Shown piece after piece: positions 26,394 to 35,733 of a DNA stretch of 36,621 bases (position 1 is the stretch's first letter; each line of letters starts with the position of its first letter). The position numbers were made by a program, and so were the translations under genes. The notes beneath the pieces are model-generated. The model did no database searches. It worked only from the letters and a program-made list of their open reading frames with translations, and was not told the DNA's origin. Origin of the DNA: a virus (lineage: Duplodnaviria > Caudoviricetes); IMG/VR virus record IMGVR_UViG_3300025018_000311, positions 1 through 36,621 of that record; one strand, 5' to 3'.

Positions 26394-27248
26394 ATGGCCA
26401 GGTACGGACTCGCAGGGCAGCAGTATTTCGACAATTCCAAGGTGCAATTCCTGAGTAGCGGGCGGCTCTATTTCTACGAACCCGGCACGACTACGGACAA
26501 GGCCACCTACTCAGATGAAGCCGAAACAATCCCGAACACGCAGCCGGTGGTACTCGACGCCAACGGGCGGCAGCCGGATATCTTTTTCACCGGGCAGGCC
26601 AAGATTATTATTCAAGACTCGACCGGCGTGCAGATCGATGTAACCGACCCGATAGGCACGACGATTGCTGACGATGCCTTTGCGGTGTGGGATGCCGCAG
26701 TGACTTACGATGTGGGCGATATCGTGAAGGGCTCCGATGCGGCCTATTACAAGTCGATTGTAGGCAGCAATACCGGCAATGATCCGACCTCTACGCCGGC
26801 GGCCTGGGCCGAAATCCAGTTTCTCAATGTGTGGAACGCGGCCTATACCTACGAGATTGGTGATATCGCAGTATCAGGGCAGCAGCAGTACATCGCGCTG
26901 ACAGCCAACATCAACCAGGTGCCTGCAACCAGTCCGACCGACTGGAAGCCACTGAGCAAAGATATCTGGTGGGAGGCAACGCCGCAGACCAGCAATTTTA
27001 ATGCTGCTGTTGGGCGCGGCTACTTCATGGACACCTCCAGCGGGACGTTCACGGCAACCCTTCCGGCGGCTCCTGCAGACGCTGCAATGGTGGCTTTCAA
27101 GGACTACGCGAACACATTCACAACAAACAAACTGATTTTCGGGCGAAACGGCAACAACATCATGGACATTCCAGACGATTTAGATTGTGACATTGACAAC
27201 TTTGGGGGTGTGCTTCAGTACACCACTGGGCGAGGGTGGCTGGTATGA
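26394..27248 (+). CDS. tail spike/fibre anchor protein with carbohydrate-binding-like repeats
   Basis: Virion-binding N-terminus (G.LYFYEPGTTT.K.TYSD...N..PVVLDANGR). Two W.A..TY..GDI...Y...N....P...P..W repeats (CBM5/12-like). Confidence 0.75.
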   Translation: MARYGLAGQQYFDNSKVQFLSSGRLYFYEPGTTTDKATYSDEAETIPNTQPVVLDANGRQPDIFFTGQAKIIIQDSTGVQIDVTDPIGTTIADDAFAVWDAAVTYDVGDIVKGSDAAYYKSIVGSNTGNDPTSTPAAWAEIQFLNVWNAAYTYEIGDIAVSGQQQYIALTANINQVPATSPTDWKPLSKDIWWEATPQTSNFNAAVGRGYFMDTSSGTFTATLPAAPADAAMVAFKDYANTFTTNKLIFGRNGNNIMDIPDDLDCDIDNFGGVLQYTTGRGWLV

Positions 27249-28009
27249 CAGCTCTGAGTAATTATTACGGCGGCAAGACTCCGCGGGCGCAAGCCTTCCT
27301 GACGACCGGACTGTTCATCGTGCCCGGTGGTGTGTACTCCATTGATATCTCAGCCGGTTCCGGTGGTGGTGGCGGTGGTAGCGGCTACGCAGGCTCCGGC
27401 ACTATCTCGGGCGGTGGTGGTGGCCAGGCGGGCAATATGTGCTCTAAATACTCCATGCCAGTCAATCCGGGTGACACGCTGACCGTGACTATTGGCCCGG
27501 GTGGCGCGGGGGCGCTTGGCGTTACGGCCACTGCTGTGGGCAATGCTGGCTCTACGGGCGGCGTGACATCTGTCACAGGGTCCACGGCGACCGGGGCAAA
27601 AGACCTGACCTTGGTCGGCGGCCTTGGTGGTGGTGGTGGTCAGACCGGAGCCAATTCAACCGGCGGGAGTAATCTGTTCACCAACGATGGTGGTCCGTTC
27701 TTCCGGGGGCCGGCGGGCGGCGCTGGATTTCAGGGCGGTTTGGGTGTGATTGGCGATGCCATTGTGAACTATGCCGGCGGTGTTGGCGGCGCCAACAGCA
27801 CAACCAGAGGGGGCGGCGGTGGTGGTGGTGCCTCGGTCTATGGCAGCGGTGGCGCAGGCAGTGATGGTGCTATAGCGCTTACCAGCGCGGGCACAGCGGC
27901 AGCGGCAAACAGTTGCGCCGGTGGTGGTGGCAGCGGTGCCAGCCAGGCCGATTCTGGCGCGGGCGGCCCCGGTGGCAGCGGGTATGTGTTGCTGGAATGG
28001 GCGCAGTAA
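27245..28009 (+). CDS. glycine-rich tail fibre-associated protein
   Basis: Start reassigned to ATG 27245 (ATGA overlap). F.VP.GV..I....GGGGGG, V.PG.TLTVTIG.GG and GG.G.V..EW pattern. Confidence 0.75.
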   Translation: MTALSNYYGGKTPRAQAFLTTGLFIVPGGVYSIDISAGSGGGGGGSGYAGSGTISGGGGGQAGNMCSKYSMPVNPGDTLTVTIGPGGAGALGVTATAVGNAGSTGGVTSVTGSTATGAKDLTLVGGLGGGGGQTGANSTGGSNLFTNDGGPFFRGPAGGAGFQGGLGVIGDAIVNYAGGVGGANSTTRGGGGGGGASVYGSGGAGSDGAIALTSAGTAAAANSCAGGGGSGASQADSGAGGPGGSGYVLLEWAQ

Positions 28010-28019
28010 GGGCTATCGA

Positions 28020-28310
28020 ATGGAGGTAGGCATTGAAATCGTAGTTGCTGCTGGAGTGGCCCTGACGGGCGCCATAGGGCTGCTGTGGCAAGCAGTTGTC
28101 AAAGGGCACCAGACCTGCCGTGAGGATTATATTTCTGTGCGTGATGGCAGGGAGGGCGACCGGCAAACGCTGATCGAACTAACCGGCAAAGTCTCTCACC
28201 TGGAAGGCTCCCGCGAGGGCTTCATGCAGGGAGTGGATCATGTAAGCCAGAAGGTGCTTGATGAATTGCACAGCTTTAAAGATAAAACCAATGGGGCGGG
28301 GAATGAGTAA
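28020..28310 (+). CDS. single-TM protein in the lysis cassette (possible holin/antiholin)
   Basis: ATG at 28020; N-terminal hydrophobic helix IVVAAGVALTGAIGLLW followed by a coiled coil. Confidence 0.55.
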   Translation: MEVGIEIVVAAGVALTGAIGLLWQAVVKGHQTCREDYISVRDGREGDRQTLIELTGKVSHLEGSREGFMQGVDHVSQKVLDELHSFKDKTNGAGNE

Positions 28311-28845
28311 AAAATGGGACAAGGTAGGCGCGTTCCTCAAGGAAAACGCGACCAGCGGAGCGGCGCTTGTTGGCTCAATCCTAACCGGCAACCTACCCGG
28401 CGCCGTAGCAGCAGGCGTCTCAATCGTCGCCCAGGCCACGGGCACAGATAACCCCGATGATGTGCTGGCCCAGCTTCAAGGCAACCCACAGGCGGTAGTG
28501 CGCGTCAGGGAATTAGCGCTTGAACGAGACAAGGAAATCAACCGTCATATTGAAGCAATGGCCTTGGCTGAAATGGAAGATGAGCAGGCCCAGCATCGCG
28601 AATCTCAGGCCACTATCAGGGCTGGCGACGTGGCAGAGGATAAGTTTGTGCGCTGGACAAGGCCGGGCCAGAGCTGGTTAAGCCTGTTTGCCGCTATTAG
28701 CTACGCGGGATTCGCTGATTCTGTGGACGTACTGGTATTAAGTGCCCTACTGACACTCCCTTTCACCTACGCTGGATTGCGCCAGTTTAGCAAATGGAAG
28801 GACGCCGATATGCTGGGCCGGATAGCGGGTGTTGCGAAGAAATGA
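28303..28845 (+). CDS. putative holin (3TM/GTA-holin-like family)
   Basis: ATG at 28303. D.FVRWTRP followed by two hydrophobic segments and Y.GLR...K; ATGA overlap with the lysozyme. Confidence 0.65.
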   Translation: MSKKWDKVGAFLKENATSGAALVGSILTGNLPGAVAAGVSIVAQATGTDNPDDVLAQLQGNPQAVVRVRELALERDKEINRHIEAMALAEMEDEQAQHRESQATIRAGDVAEDKFVRWTRPGQSWLSLFAAISYAGFADSVDVLVLSALLTLPFTYAGLRQFSKWKDADMLGRIAGVAKK

Positions 28846-29273
28846 AAGCTGCGGACATCGCCAGGAAATTCCTGAAACGCCACGAAGGGTTGCGCCTCAA
28901 GGCGTACCAGTGCACTGCAGGTAAAACCACTATCGGCTACGGCCGCAATCTCGATGATAGGGGCATCAGCATCAAGGAAGCCGAGGCCATGCTGCAGAAC
29001 GATATCGCCGAGTGCATTTCCGACCTCGAATCATTTCCCTATTGGAACAACCTGAACGAGTACCGCCAAGCCTGCCTGATCGATATGCGCTTTTGCCTGG
29101 GCGGACAGGGGTTCAGGGCGTTCAAACAAATGCACGCGGCTATCCAGTCCAACGAATTCACCCGCGCGGCCGATGAAATGCTTAATTCTCGATTTGCCAA
29201 GCAGGTAGGGCGCCGTGCGCTCAACCTTGCTGATGTAATGCGCCGGGGAATAGACAAAGATAGGCCACTTTAG
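28842..29273 (+). CDS. endolysin, GH24/T4-lysozyme-like muramidase
   Basis: ATG at 28842; HEGLRLKAYQCTAGKTTIGYGRNL (E-x8-C-x5-T) and AADEMLNSRFAKQVGRRA. Confidence 0.92.
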   Translation: MKAADIARKFLKRHEGLRLKAYQCTAGKTTIGYGRNLDDRGISIKEAEAMLQNDIAECISDLESFPYWNNLNEYRQACLIDMRFCLGGQGFRAFKQMHAAIQSNEFTRAADEMLNSRFAKQVGRRALNLADVMRRGIDKDRPL

Positions 29274-29281
29274 GAATACCA

Positions 29282-32200
29282 ATGAAATCGATCGCAGTGT
29301 TTTTTTTTGTGTCACAACCGCCCAATTAGCCTATGCCGCATGCGGTGATCCGGTTCCCGATGGGCTGATTTGCGGCCCGGAGACTATCGCCGGCAACCTG
29401 TCCCAGCGCAAATGCACCATCACCGGGCCCAAGTACACCCCGGCTTGCAGCCCCGGATACCACCCGATCACCTACAGCCACCAGACCGGCGCCAGTCACC
29501 TGGTCGCCACACTGAACTTTCCCGGCTCGAACCCGCAACCCAAACACTGCGAAAACCCGGATACTGCTAACCTCGGCGGCATCCTGCAGATCGACGTTTG
29601 CGCCAGCCATTACCCTGACTGGGCACTGTGCAATACCGCCTGGGACTGGGGTATTCACTACGATGGCCGCAGTCACGCCAACCGCAACGCCGCGGCGCTG
29701 GACAAGGGATTGCTGACCTATGCGGATATTCTCGACACCGACGCCGGGACGCACATCAGGGGGGCATCCCTCGGTGGCTTCCGGGCGCAGGCACTGGCCC
29801 TGGGATGGGATGATGAATTTCACTGGCAGCGGATCACGGTGCTGCGCCTTATGTCCACCACCACAGACCTGACCAATACCACTGTGAACGAGTACCAGCC
29901 GCGGGACATTGAAAAGATGGCAGGCTATGACCTGGCAAACGTGGATTTTGCCACGCAGGCGGCAGCCAACCGGCTGAATGAGCAATATTGGTTCTGGACC
30001 ATCAGCAACAACGACACTCATGTGTTTATTGATGTGGATCAAGCGGTGGCCGACTGCAACCGCTTCAAGGTCAAATGCCGGATATTGCTACACCCAAACG
30101 GGCATTCCTTCCCCTCGCTGGCACAGATACCCGAGCACAGCCCGTTCAGGGCGCTCTACAGTGGGCCTGACGAGGCGCACCGGCTGAACCTGCCTGTCAT
30201 TGTGTTCACCAACAGCAGCGCCGACACGGCCAGCAATAAGGCCCAGTATGGCCATTATGGTTATGGCTGGACCTACAATGCCGCCGGCATCGTGGATGAC
30301 GCCGACCGGGTAAGCGTGCCGATCCAATACCGGCAACTGACCGACGCCGGCCCGATGCCCGACATGGATGCGGTGGCCACAGGCGATTACACGGTGCGCC
30401 CTCGCCATTTCCCGGTCATCAAGGGCCAAGTCTATGACTGGTCGCTGGGAGCCAACAGCGGCGCTGTGACAGCGCTGGAGGATGGTGAAGTGACGGTGCC
30501 GCAAATCACCCTGGCCAGCGGCGAACCCTACGCGGATATGGTGATTACACGGGGGGAGGCGCCTACTCCCATCGTCTACACCCGGCAGCCGCGCAATAGC
30601 ACCGCCTACAGTGATGAAAGCGGCTCAGTGGAGGAAGCAGCAAACTGGCAGCGCATCCCGGATATCGGCAACCCCTGGACCAATTCGGAAAGCGATGTGG
30701 TGATGGATAATATCCTTGGTGAAATCAGGGTGATACACGACTGCACAAATTCATCACAGATATGCGCTGCCCAAGAGGCCAAAGTCTCCCCGGACAGCTT
30801 GAGAATTATCTACACGGTATCGACCTCGCCGACTGACTACCAGGTGAAGGTGTGGGGCGGTCCCTGGACCGATATGCGGGAGTTTCTGAGCACTGAGGCG
30901 CAGTTGTGGCTGTACGATATCCCCAGCGGTACCCGGCGCATGCTGTCATCCGGGCACCATGACCGGGGGGCTGACTGGCTGAGTAATAGCAAAATCGTGT
31001 TTGCCAGCGACCGGGGCGGCACAGTATCGGCACGGGCCCATGATGGCGTACTGTACGCGGGCAAAGCCTTCCAGATTCACACTGCAGTAATCACGCCCGC
31101 CGGGTTATCCCAGCTCCGCAACATAGGCCCGCACGACAACTTCACCATGAACCCGGCGGTGCTGACGGACGGAACAATACTGTATTCCTGCTTTTGGGGC
31201 ACAGGCCCGCGCGGTATCACGCACACTGCGGCCAACCAGTGGGGCATTTGCAGCATGGACAGCAACGGGGCGAACGGTGCTGTGGTCGCCGGCATGCACG
31301 GATCGCCGAACCTGAAAACCTATGAGCTGATCAAGGATTTTGTGGACCCGCTGCGCCGCGGCGAGGGTAGCACTGAACTCAAGGGACTGCGCCCGGTCGC
31401 CGAGATTTTCAAAGATTACCTTATGCTCACCAGTTACTACCGGGGAAACAGCGTTGGCCCGAACGGTATTATCATCGGCATGAAGCGGTCCAATGCAGAG
31501 GGCGTACTGACCACGACGGACCACCCTGGCACTACATACCATTCGCCGGTGATCGGCTCCGGGCGGTTCATTCCCGGCACGCTGCAGGTGCTCACGCCAT
31601 GGGCGAACGACCAGGATGCTGAGCCCAAGTTTGGCAAGGATGGCTTGGCCTGGGGCCGGTCCGGGCAGGCGAGCCCCTACGATGGCGTCAACTGGATGTA
31701 TACGCACAGTATCGGTGACTGCTACTTTGCCCGCGATCCCGCCAAGGCTACCCGTGCATGGGTCGGTGGACAGCCAACGTGCAAGAAGCGCATCGACAAA
31801 GCGCTGGCCCGCGTCATTACCAACCCGCTCGATACCGCGCAGACCATCACCCTGGCTTGCGAAAGTGAAAAATGGAACTGCTGGGATGCGCGACCGATTA
31901 CCACGTACCAGAAACTCTTTGGCCAGCCGCGCCCGGTGCTGACGCCACCACTGCAGGGCAGTGAGTGCTATTTGCAGGTAGTGGATATCGGACAATCAGA
32001 ATTGTATGAAGTACCCGGCAACTGGACGCCCGAGCAACGTGCGCAAAACAAGATCACATTCATGGGCAACGCGGATCACCCGGAATTAATTAACACGCTC
32101 GATGTGACGCCTTTCGAGCACTGGGCCAGTTACCCGACGCGCCAGGGCTATAAAAGCTATTCTCCGGTGCTATCGGTCAAGGCTGAATCTGATGGCTCTG

Positions 32201-32415
32201 TGAGGATGCAGGTGCCGTGTGAAACACCCTTGCTGATCGCGGGGCACGGTACAGCCGGGGGCCGGGCGACAGATTTGTTGACGCACTCGCTGCGCGCCGG
32301 CGAGACTCGGACTTGTCATGGGTGCCATGATGGGCATTCTGAATCACGATTAGGTATGCTGGCACCGTCAACGGAAAGGTTCATGCAGACGATTGCGGGG
32401 CAGAAATCACCGTAA
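29282..32415 (+). CDS. large secreted multidomain protein (alpha/beta-hydrolase motif, TolB-like propeller, HzsA-like CxxCH domain), frameshifted at a T9 tract
   Basis: AGGA RBS and ATG 29282. Adding one T at 29300-29308 gives signal peptide MKSIAVFFFCVTTAQLAYA, continuous with a stop-free frame that runs into the 901-aa ORF (29710-32415). Motifs GASLG, VSPD..RI.Y, IVFASDR, GETRTCHGCH. Confidence 0.72.
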
Positions 32416-32445
32416 TTGCGGTGAAACACCACCGCAACTGCGGTG
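32408..32445. promoter_or_regulatory. tandem 16-bp palindromes, operator-like
   Basis: CACCGTAATTGCGGTG (32408-32423) and CACCGCAACTGCGGTG (32430-32445), 22 bp apart. Confidence 0.45.
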
Positions 32446-32462
32446 CAGTGGGGGAGAAAACC

Positions 32463-32738
32463 ATGATAAAACTGGAAGATGTTAAGGACAAAACGCCCAA
32501 CGCGGCACTTATCGAGCGCATGGAATCCTTACTCAAAGATGCCAAGGCGGGAGAACTTCGGTCATTTATCGGGGTTGTTTGCTATGACGATTGTAGTGTG
32601 AACCGAACATGGGCATTCGACGAACGCAGCAGCCTGCGGATGATGCTCGCGGAATTGCTGATGCTTCAACACGACATGACAGCCAGCATCGGAATCAGGG
32701 AAGGCGATTCAGTGCTGGCGATCAACCTGAGGGAGTAG
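32463..32738 (+). CDS. hypothetical protein (91 aa)
   Basis: GGGGAG RBS, ATG 32463. LL..AK.GELRS...V pattern of small phage proteins. Confidence 0.65.
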   Translation: MIKLEDVKDKTPNAALIERMESLLKDAKAGELRSFIGVVCYDDCSVNRTWAFDERSSLRMMLAELLMLQHDMTASIGIREGDSVLAINLRE

Positions 32739-32753
32739 GGTTACTGCTATCCC

Positions 32754-33014
32754 CTCCCCAATGTTAAGGCCGAAACCCTCAAGCCTTACATGCAAGAGCA
32801 GATCGCTGCCGACTCTCGCTTAATGACCGACGAGGCCAGCATGTACACTTTGGTTGGCCGCGAGTTCGCAGATCACGGCGTTATCCGTCACGGCATCAAA
32901 GAGTATGTCCGCGGTGATATCCACACCAATACGATTGAAGGCTACTTCTCAATCTTCAAGCGCGGCATGAAAGGCATCGAGGGCAAGCGAATCATGTATC
33001 AAAGACCTTATTAA
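32754..33014 (+). pseudogene. IS1595-family transposase remnant (5'-truncated, internally deleted)
   Basis: PNVKAETL...LMTDE...Y...H..I.H...EYVRGDIHTNTIEGYFSIFKRGMKG joined directly to IEGKR.MY. The YxH...HL.RY..EF.FR segment seen in the intact copy is missing. Confidence 0.85.
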
Positions 33015-33028
33015 AGATGAGTAGACTG

Positions 33029-33241
33029 CTATCTATGCCTGTCGGAACTTAAAAGTTGCGCCCAGCTTTCCCTTGTTTCCTCAAACACAGACACTGCCTC
33101 GGTGGCGTCCTTCCCTACCACGCCGAATTTCACTATAGCCCCCGGCGGGGTCAAGGCCAAAATGCTGCCATTGGCCCGATTCCTTAAAACTGGGATCAGG
33201 CTGGCTATATCTTGGTACCTTTTATTCACATCTGTTTTCAT
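33029..33241 (-). CDS. hypothetical protein (70 aa)
   Basis: ATG with GGAG upstream; convergent with the IS remnant. Confidence 0.45.
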   Translation of the reverse strand: MKTDVNKRYQDIASLIPVLRNRANGSILALTPPGAIVKFGVVGKDATEAVSVFEETRESWAQLLSSDRHR

Positions 33242-33292
33242 AAAAACGTTACTCCATTGTGACGGACTGACATAATTTCTTATAACAACAAC

Positions 33293-33318
33293 AAAAAAGG
33301 CGACGGTTCAGGTCGCCT
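33293..33318 (-). terminator. rho-independent terminator (minus strand)
   Basis: AGGCGAC-N7-GTCGCCT followed by a T run on the minus strand. Confidence 0.55.
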
Positions 33319-33524
33319 CTAGTTGTACCAGTTCAATGCTGTGGACACGAAGGGCTTACCCCATAGCGCCCGCTGGCAATAACCAGTCTCGCGTCTGAAT
33401 TATTGCATATATCGTATGCATTTAAAGGGTTCGTTTTGACACTACCTAAATATTTGTAAGAACAAGCTAGGGGCGAGTTCGATGGAAAGTATGTCCGAAT
33501 ACATTAAATTTGGGAATTATATAC

Positions 33525-33553
33525 TTGACTCCCTCACTATTTTGGACCATAAT
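33525..33553 (+). promoter_or_regulatory. IS promoter overlapping IRL
   Basis: TTGACT-N17-CATAAT, then an AGGGAG RBS before the transposase. Confidence 0.6.
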
Positions 33554-33574
33554 TGACCCATAGATAGGGAGATT

Positions 33575-34498
33575 GTGGTCATGAAAGACAACGTAACAAT
33601 AAGCACTTTCGAGTTGTTCAAGAGGTTCCCGGACCAAGAGACAGCGCAGGAATATCTGGAAGCTAGATTGTGGCCCAATGGCGTTACCTGCCCTCATTGT
33701 GCAGGCAAAGACCGCATTACGACAAGGAAGGATAAATACTACCGCTGCAATGCCTGTAAGAAGGATTTCACTGTTCGTACTGGCACGATTTTCGAGCGTT
33801 CGCATGTGCCTTTGAACAAGTGGCTATATGCGATGTATCTGCTGGTGACCTCTCGCAAAGGCATTTCATCACTGCAGCTCTCCAAAGAAATTGGGATTAC
33901 GCAAAAATCTGCATGGTTTGTATTGCAAAGACTGCGTGAAGCTTGCGGCAATGACCTGCAGGCGCTGCGTGGCACGATTGAAATTGATGAAACGTATATC
34001 GGCGGCAAAGAACGCAACAAGCACGGCAGCAAAAAACTGCGCGCCGGGCGCGGCACGGTAGGCAAGACCGCCGTAATCGGTATGCGTGAGCGCAATGGGC
34101 GCACCGTAGCCAAGCCGATCAAAAACATTAGCGCCACTACCCTTCATGCCGCTGTCCACGCGCATATCGAGCCGGGGTCAACCCTGCACACAGACGAGCT
34201 GCGCGGTTATCAAGGCCTGTCCGGTTTATACACGCACGAAACCGTGAACCATAGTCATGGCGAATACGTCCGTGGTAATGTAAGCACTAACGGAATTGAG
34301 AGCGTATGGGCTGTAATGAAGCGCGGATTGCATGGCGTTTACCATCACGCAAGTGACAAGCACCTTGGCCGTTATGTCAATGAATTTACTTTCCGCTTGA
34401 ATGACGGCAATGTGAAGCGTCACACGCTGGATAGATTGGATAGCTTTGCATCCGCCGCAGTCGGTTGCAGAATTACATACAAGGAACTAATTCAATGA
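33575..34498 (+). CDS. IS1595-family (ISXO2-like) DDE transposase
   Basis: Zn ribbon CPHC...CNAC, TGTIFE.S, KGISSLQL HTH, EIDETYIGG, TDE and TNGIESVW. Start is GTG 33575 or ATG 33581. Confidence 0.95.
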   Translation: MVMKDNVTISTFELFKRFPDQETAQEYLEARLWPNGVTCPHCAGKDRITTRKDKYYRCNACKKDFTVRTGTIFERSHVPLNKWLYAMYLLVTSRKGISSLQLSKEIGITQKSAWFVLQRLREACGNDLQALRGTIEIDETYIGGKERNKHGSKKLRAGRGTVGKTAVIGMRERNGRTVAKPIKNISATTLHAAVHAHIEPGSTLHTDELRGYQGLSGLYTHETVNHSHGEYVRGNVSTNGIESVWAVMKRGLHGVYHHASDKHLGRYVNEFTFRLNDGNVKRHTLDRLDSFASAAVGCRITYKELIQ

Positions 34499-35733
34499 AG
34501 GGTGGGCTTGCTGCGCTTGATGCCATAACGGACGTTGTCCTACGGTACAGGCCGCCCGAAAAAACTCAAAGGACAGCAGCTCCGGCGCCGTTCACGTTTT
34601 GGGAATTCTTTTCTGGCGGAGGTATGGCGCGGGCCGGTCTTGGCTCTGGCTGGAAGTGTCTTTTTGCCAACGACTTTGACCACAAGAAAAGCTCCGCCTA
34701 CCGCGAAAACTGGAAAGACAAAGTCCTGCTGACCAAGGATGTTGGCAAGCTGAAGCCTAGCGACGTACCCGGTAAAGCGGCGCTCGCATGGGCTTCATTC
34801 CCCTGCCAAGATTTATCATTAGCTGGTATGGGCGCTGGCCTGAAGGGTGACCGATCTGGCACCTTCTGGCCTTTCTGGAAGCTCATGGAGGCGCTGATAG
34901 AAGAAGGGCGCGGGCCGCGCGTCATGGTGCTTGAAAACGTGTGCGGTACACTTACCTCGCATGGCGGAAAGGATTTTGTGGCCATTGCAGACGCCATAGC
35001 GGGCGCGGGCTATAAGTTCGGGGCGGTTGTGGTTGATGCCGCTGAGTTTGTCCCGCACTCCAGGCCGAGGCTGTTTATTATTGCTGTGTCTGCACAGACG
35101 AAAATCCCGCCCGCCCTGGTATGTAAACATGCAATTCCCTTTCGCCACACCAAGGCGCTGGTATCCGCATACAACAAAATACAGAGTGACACTAAAGAGC
35201 AGTGGGTATGGTGGAAGATGCCAATACCGCCCAAGCGCAAAACATCCTTTGCCGACCTGATAGAAGAAAATCCAACAAGTGTTAAGTGGCATACGCCAGA
35301 AGAAACAAAGCGCCTTCTAAATATGATGAGTGCCGTCAACCTCAAAAAGGTGGAGGCCGCCAAGAAGGATGGCAAGTTACACGTTGGTGCAATCTATAAG
35401 CGCACCCGACTGGACGAGGAAGGCAATAAAGTACAGCGGGCCGAAGTTAGGTTTGATGATCTTGCCGGATGCCTGAGAACCTCGTCAGGAGGCTCCAGCA
35501 GACAATCAATTATAGTTGTGGTCGGGAACAAGGTTACATCGCGGTTAATTTCCAGCAGGGAAACGGCGCGGCTTATGGGCCTGCCAGAGTCCTATATTCT
35601 CCCGACTAATTACAATGAAGCCTATCACCTCACAGGTGACGGCGTGGTAGTCCCTGTAGTGCGTTACTTGGCCGGAAGCATTTTAGAGCCCGTCTTAAAG
35701 GCAGCCGCCAAAAAGAAACGCGCTACTGCATGA
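34495..35733 (+). CDS. DNA (cytosine-5)-methyltransferase
   Basis: Motif I EFFSGGG, IV FPCQDLS, VI ENV, VIII RPRLF, IX RETARLMGLP and X GDGVVVPVV. ATG 34495 overlaps the transposase stop (ATGA). Confidence 0.93.
   Translation: MKGGLAALDAITDVVLRYRPPEKTQRTAAPAPFTFWEFFSGGGMARAGLGSGWKCLFANDFDHKKSSAYRENWKDKVLLTKDVGKLKPSDVPGKAALAWASFPCQDLSLAGMGAGLKGDRSGTFWPFWKLMEALIEEGRGPRVMVLENVCGTLTSHGGKDFVAIADAIAGAGYKFGAVVVDAAEFVPHSRPRLFIIAVSAQTKIPPALVCKHAIPFRHTKALVSAYNKIQSDTKEQWVWWKMPIPPKRKTSFADLIEENPTSVKWHTPEETKRLLNMMSAVNLKKVEAAKKDGKLHVGAIYKRTRLDEEGNKVQRAEVRFDDLAGCLRTSSGGSSRQSIIVVVGNKVTSRLISSRETARLMGLPESYILPTNYNEAYHLTGDGVVVPVVRYLAGSILEPVLKAAAKKKRATA

Noticed and set aside
29326-31995. Minus-strand ORFs of 238, 138 and 296 aa
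   Set aside because: Antisense shadows of the large plus-strand gene, with no recognisable motifs.
33320-33400. tRNA or attB-type tRNA fragment at the phage right end
   Set aside because: No cloverleaf, T-loop GTTC motif in the right context, or CCA end.
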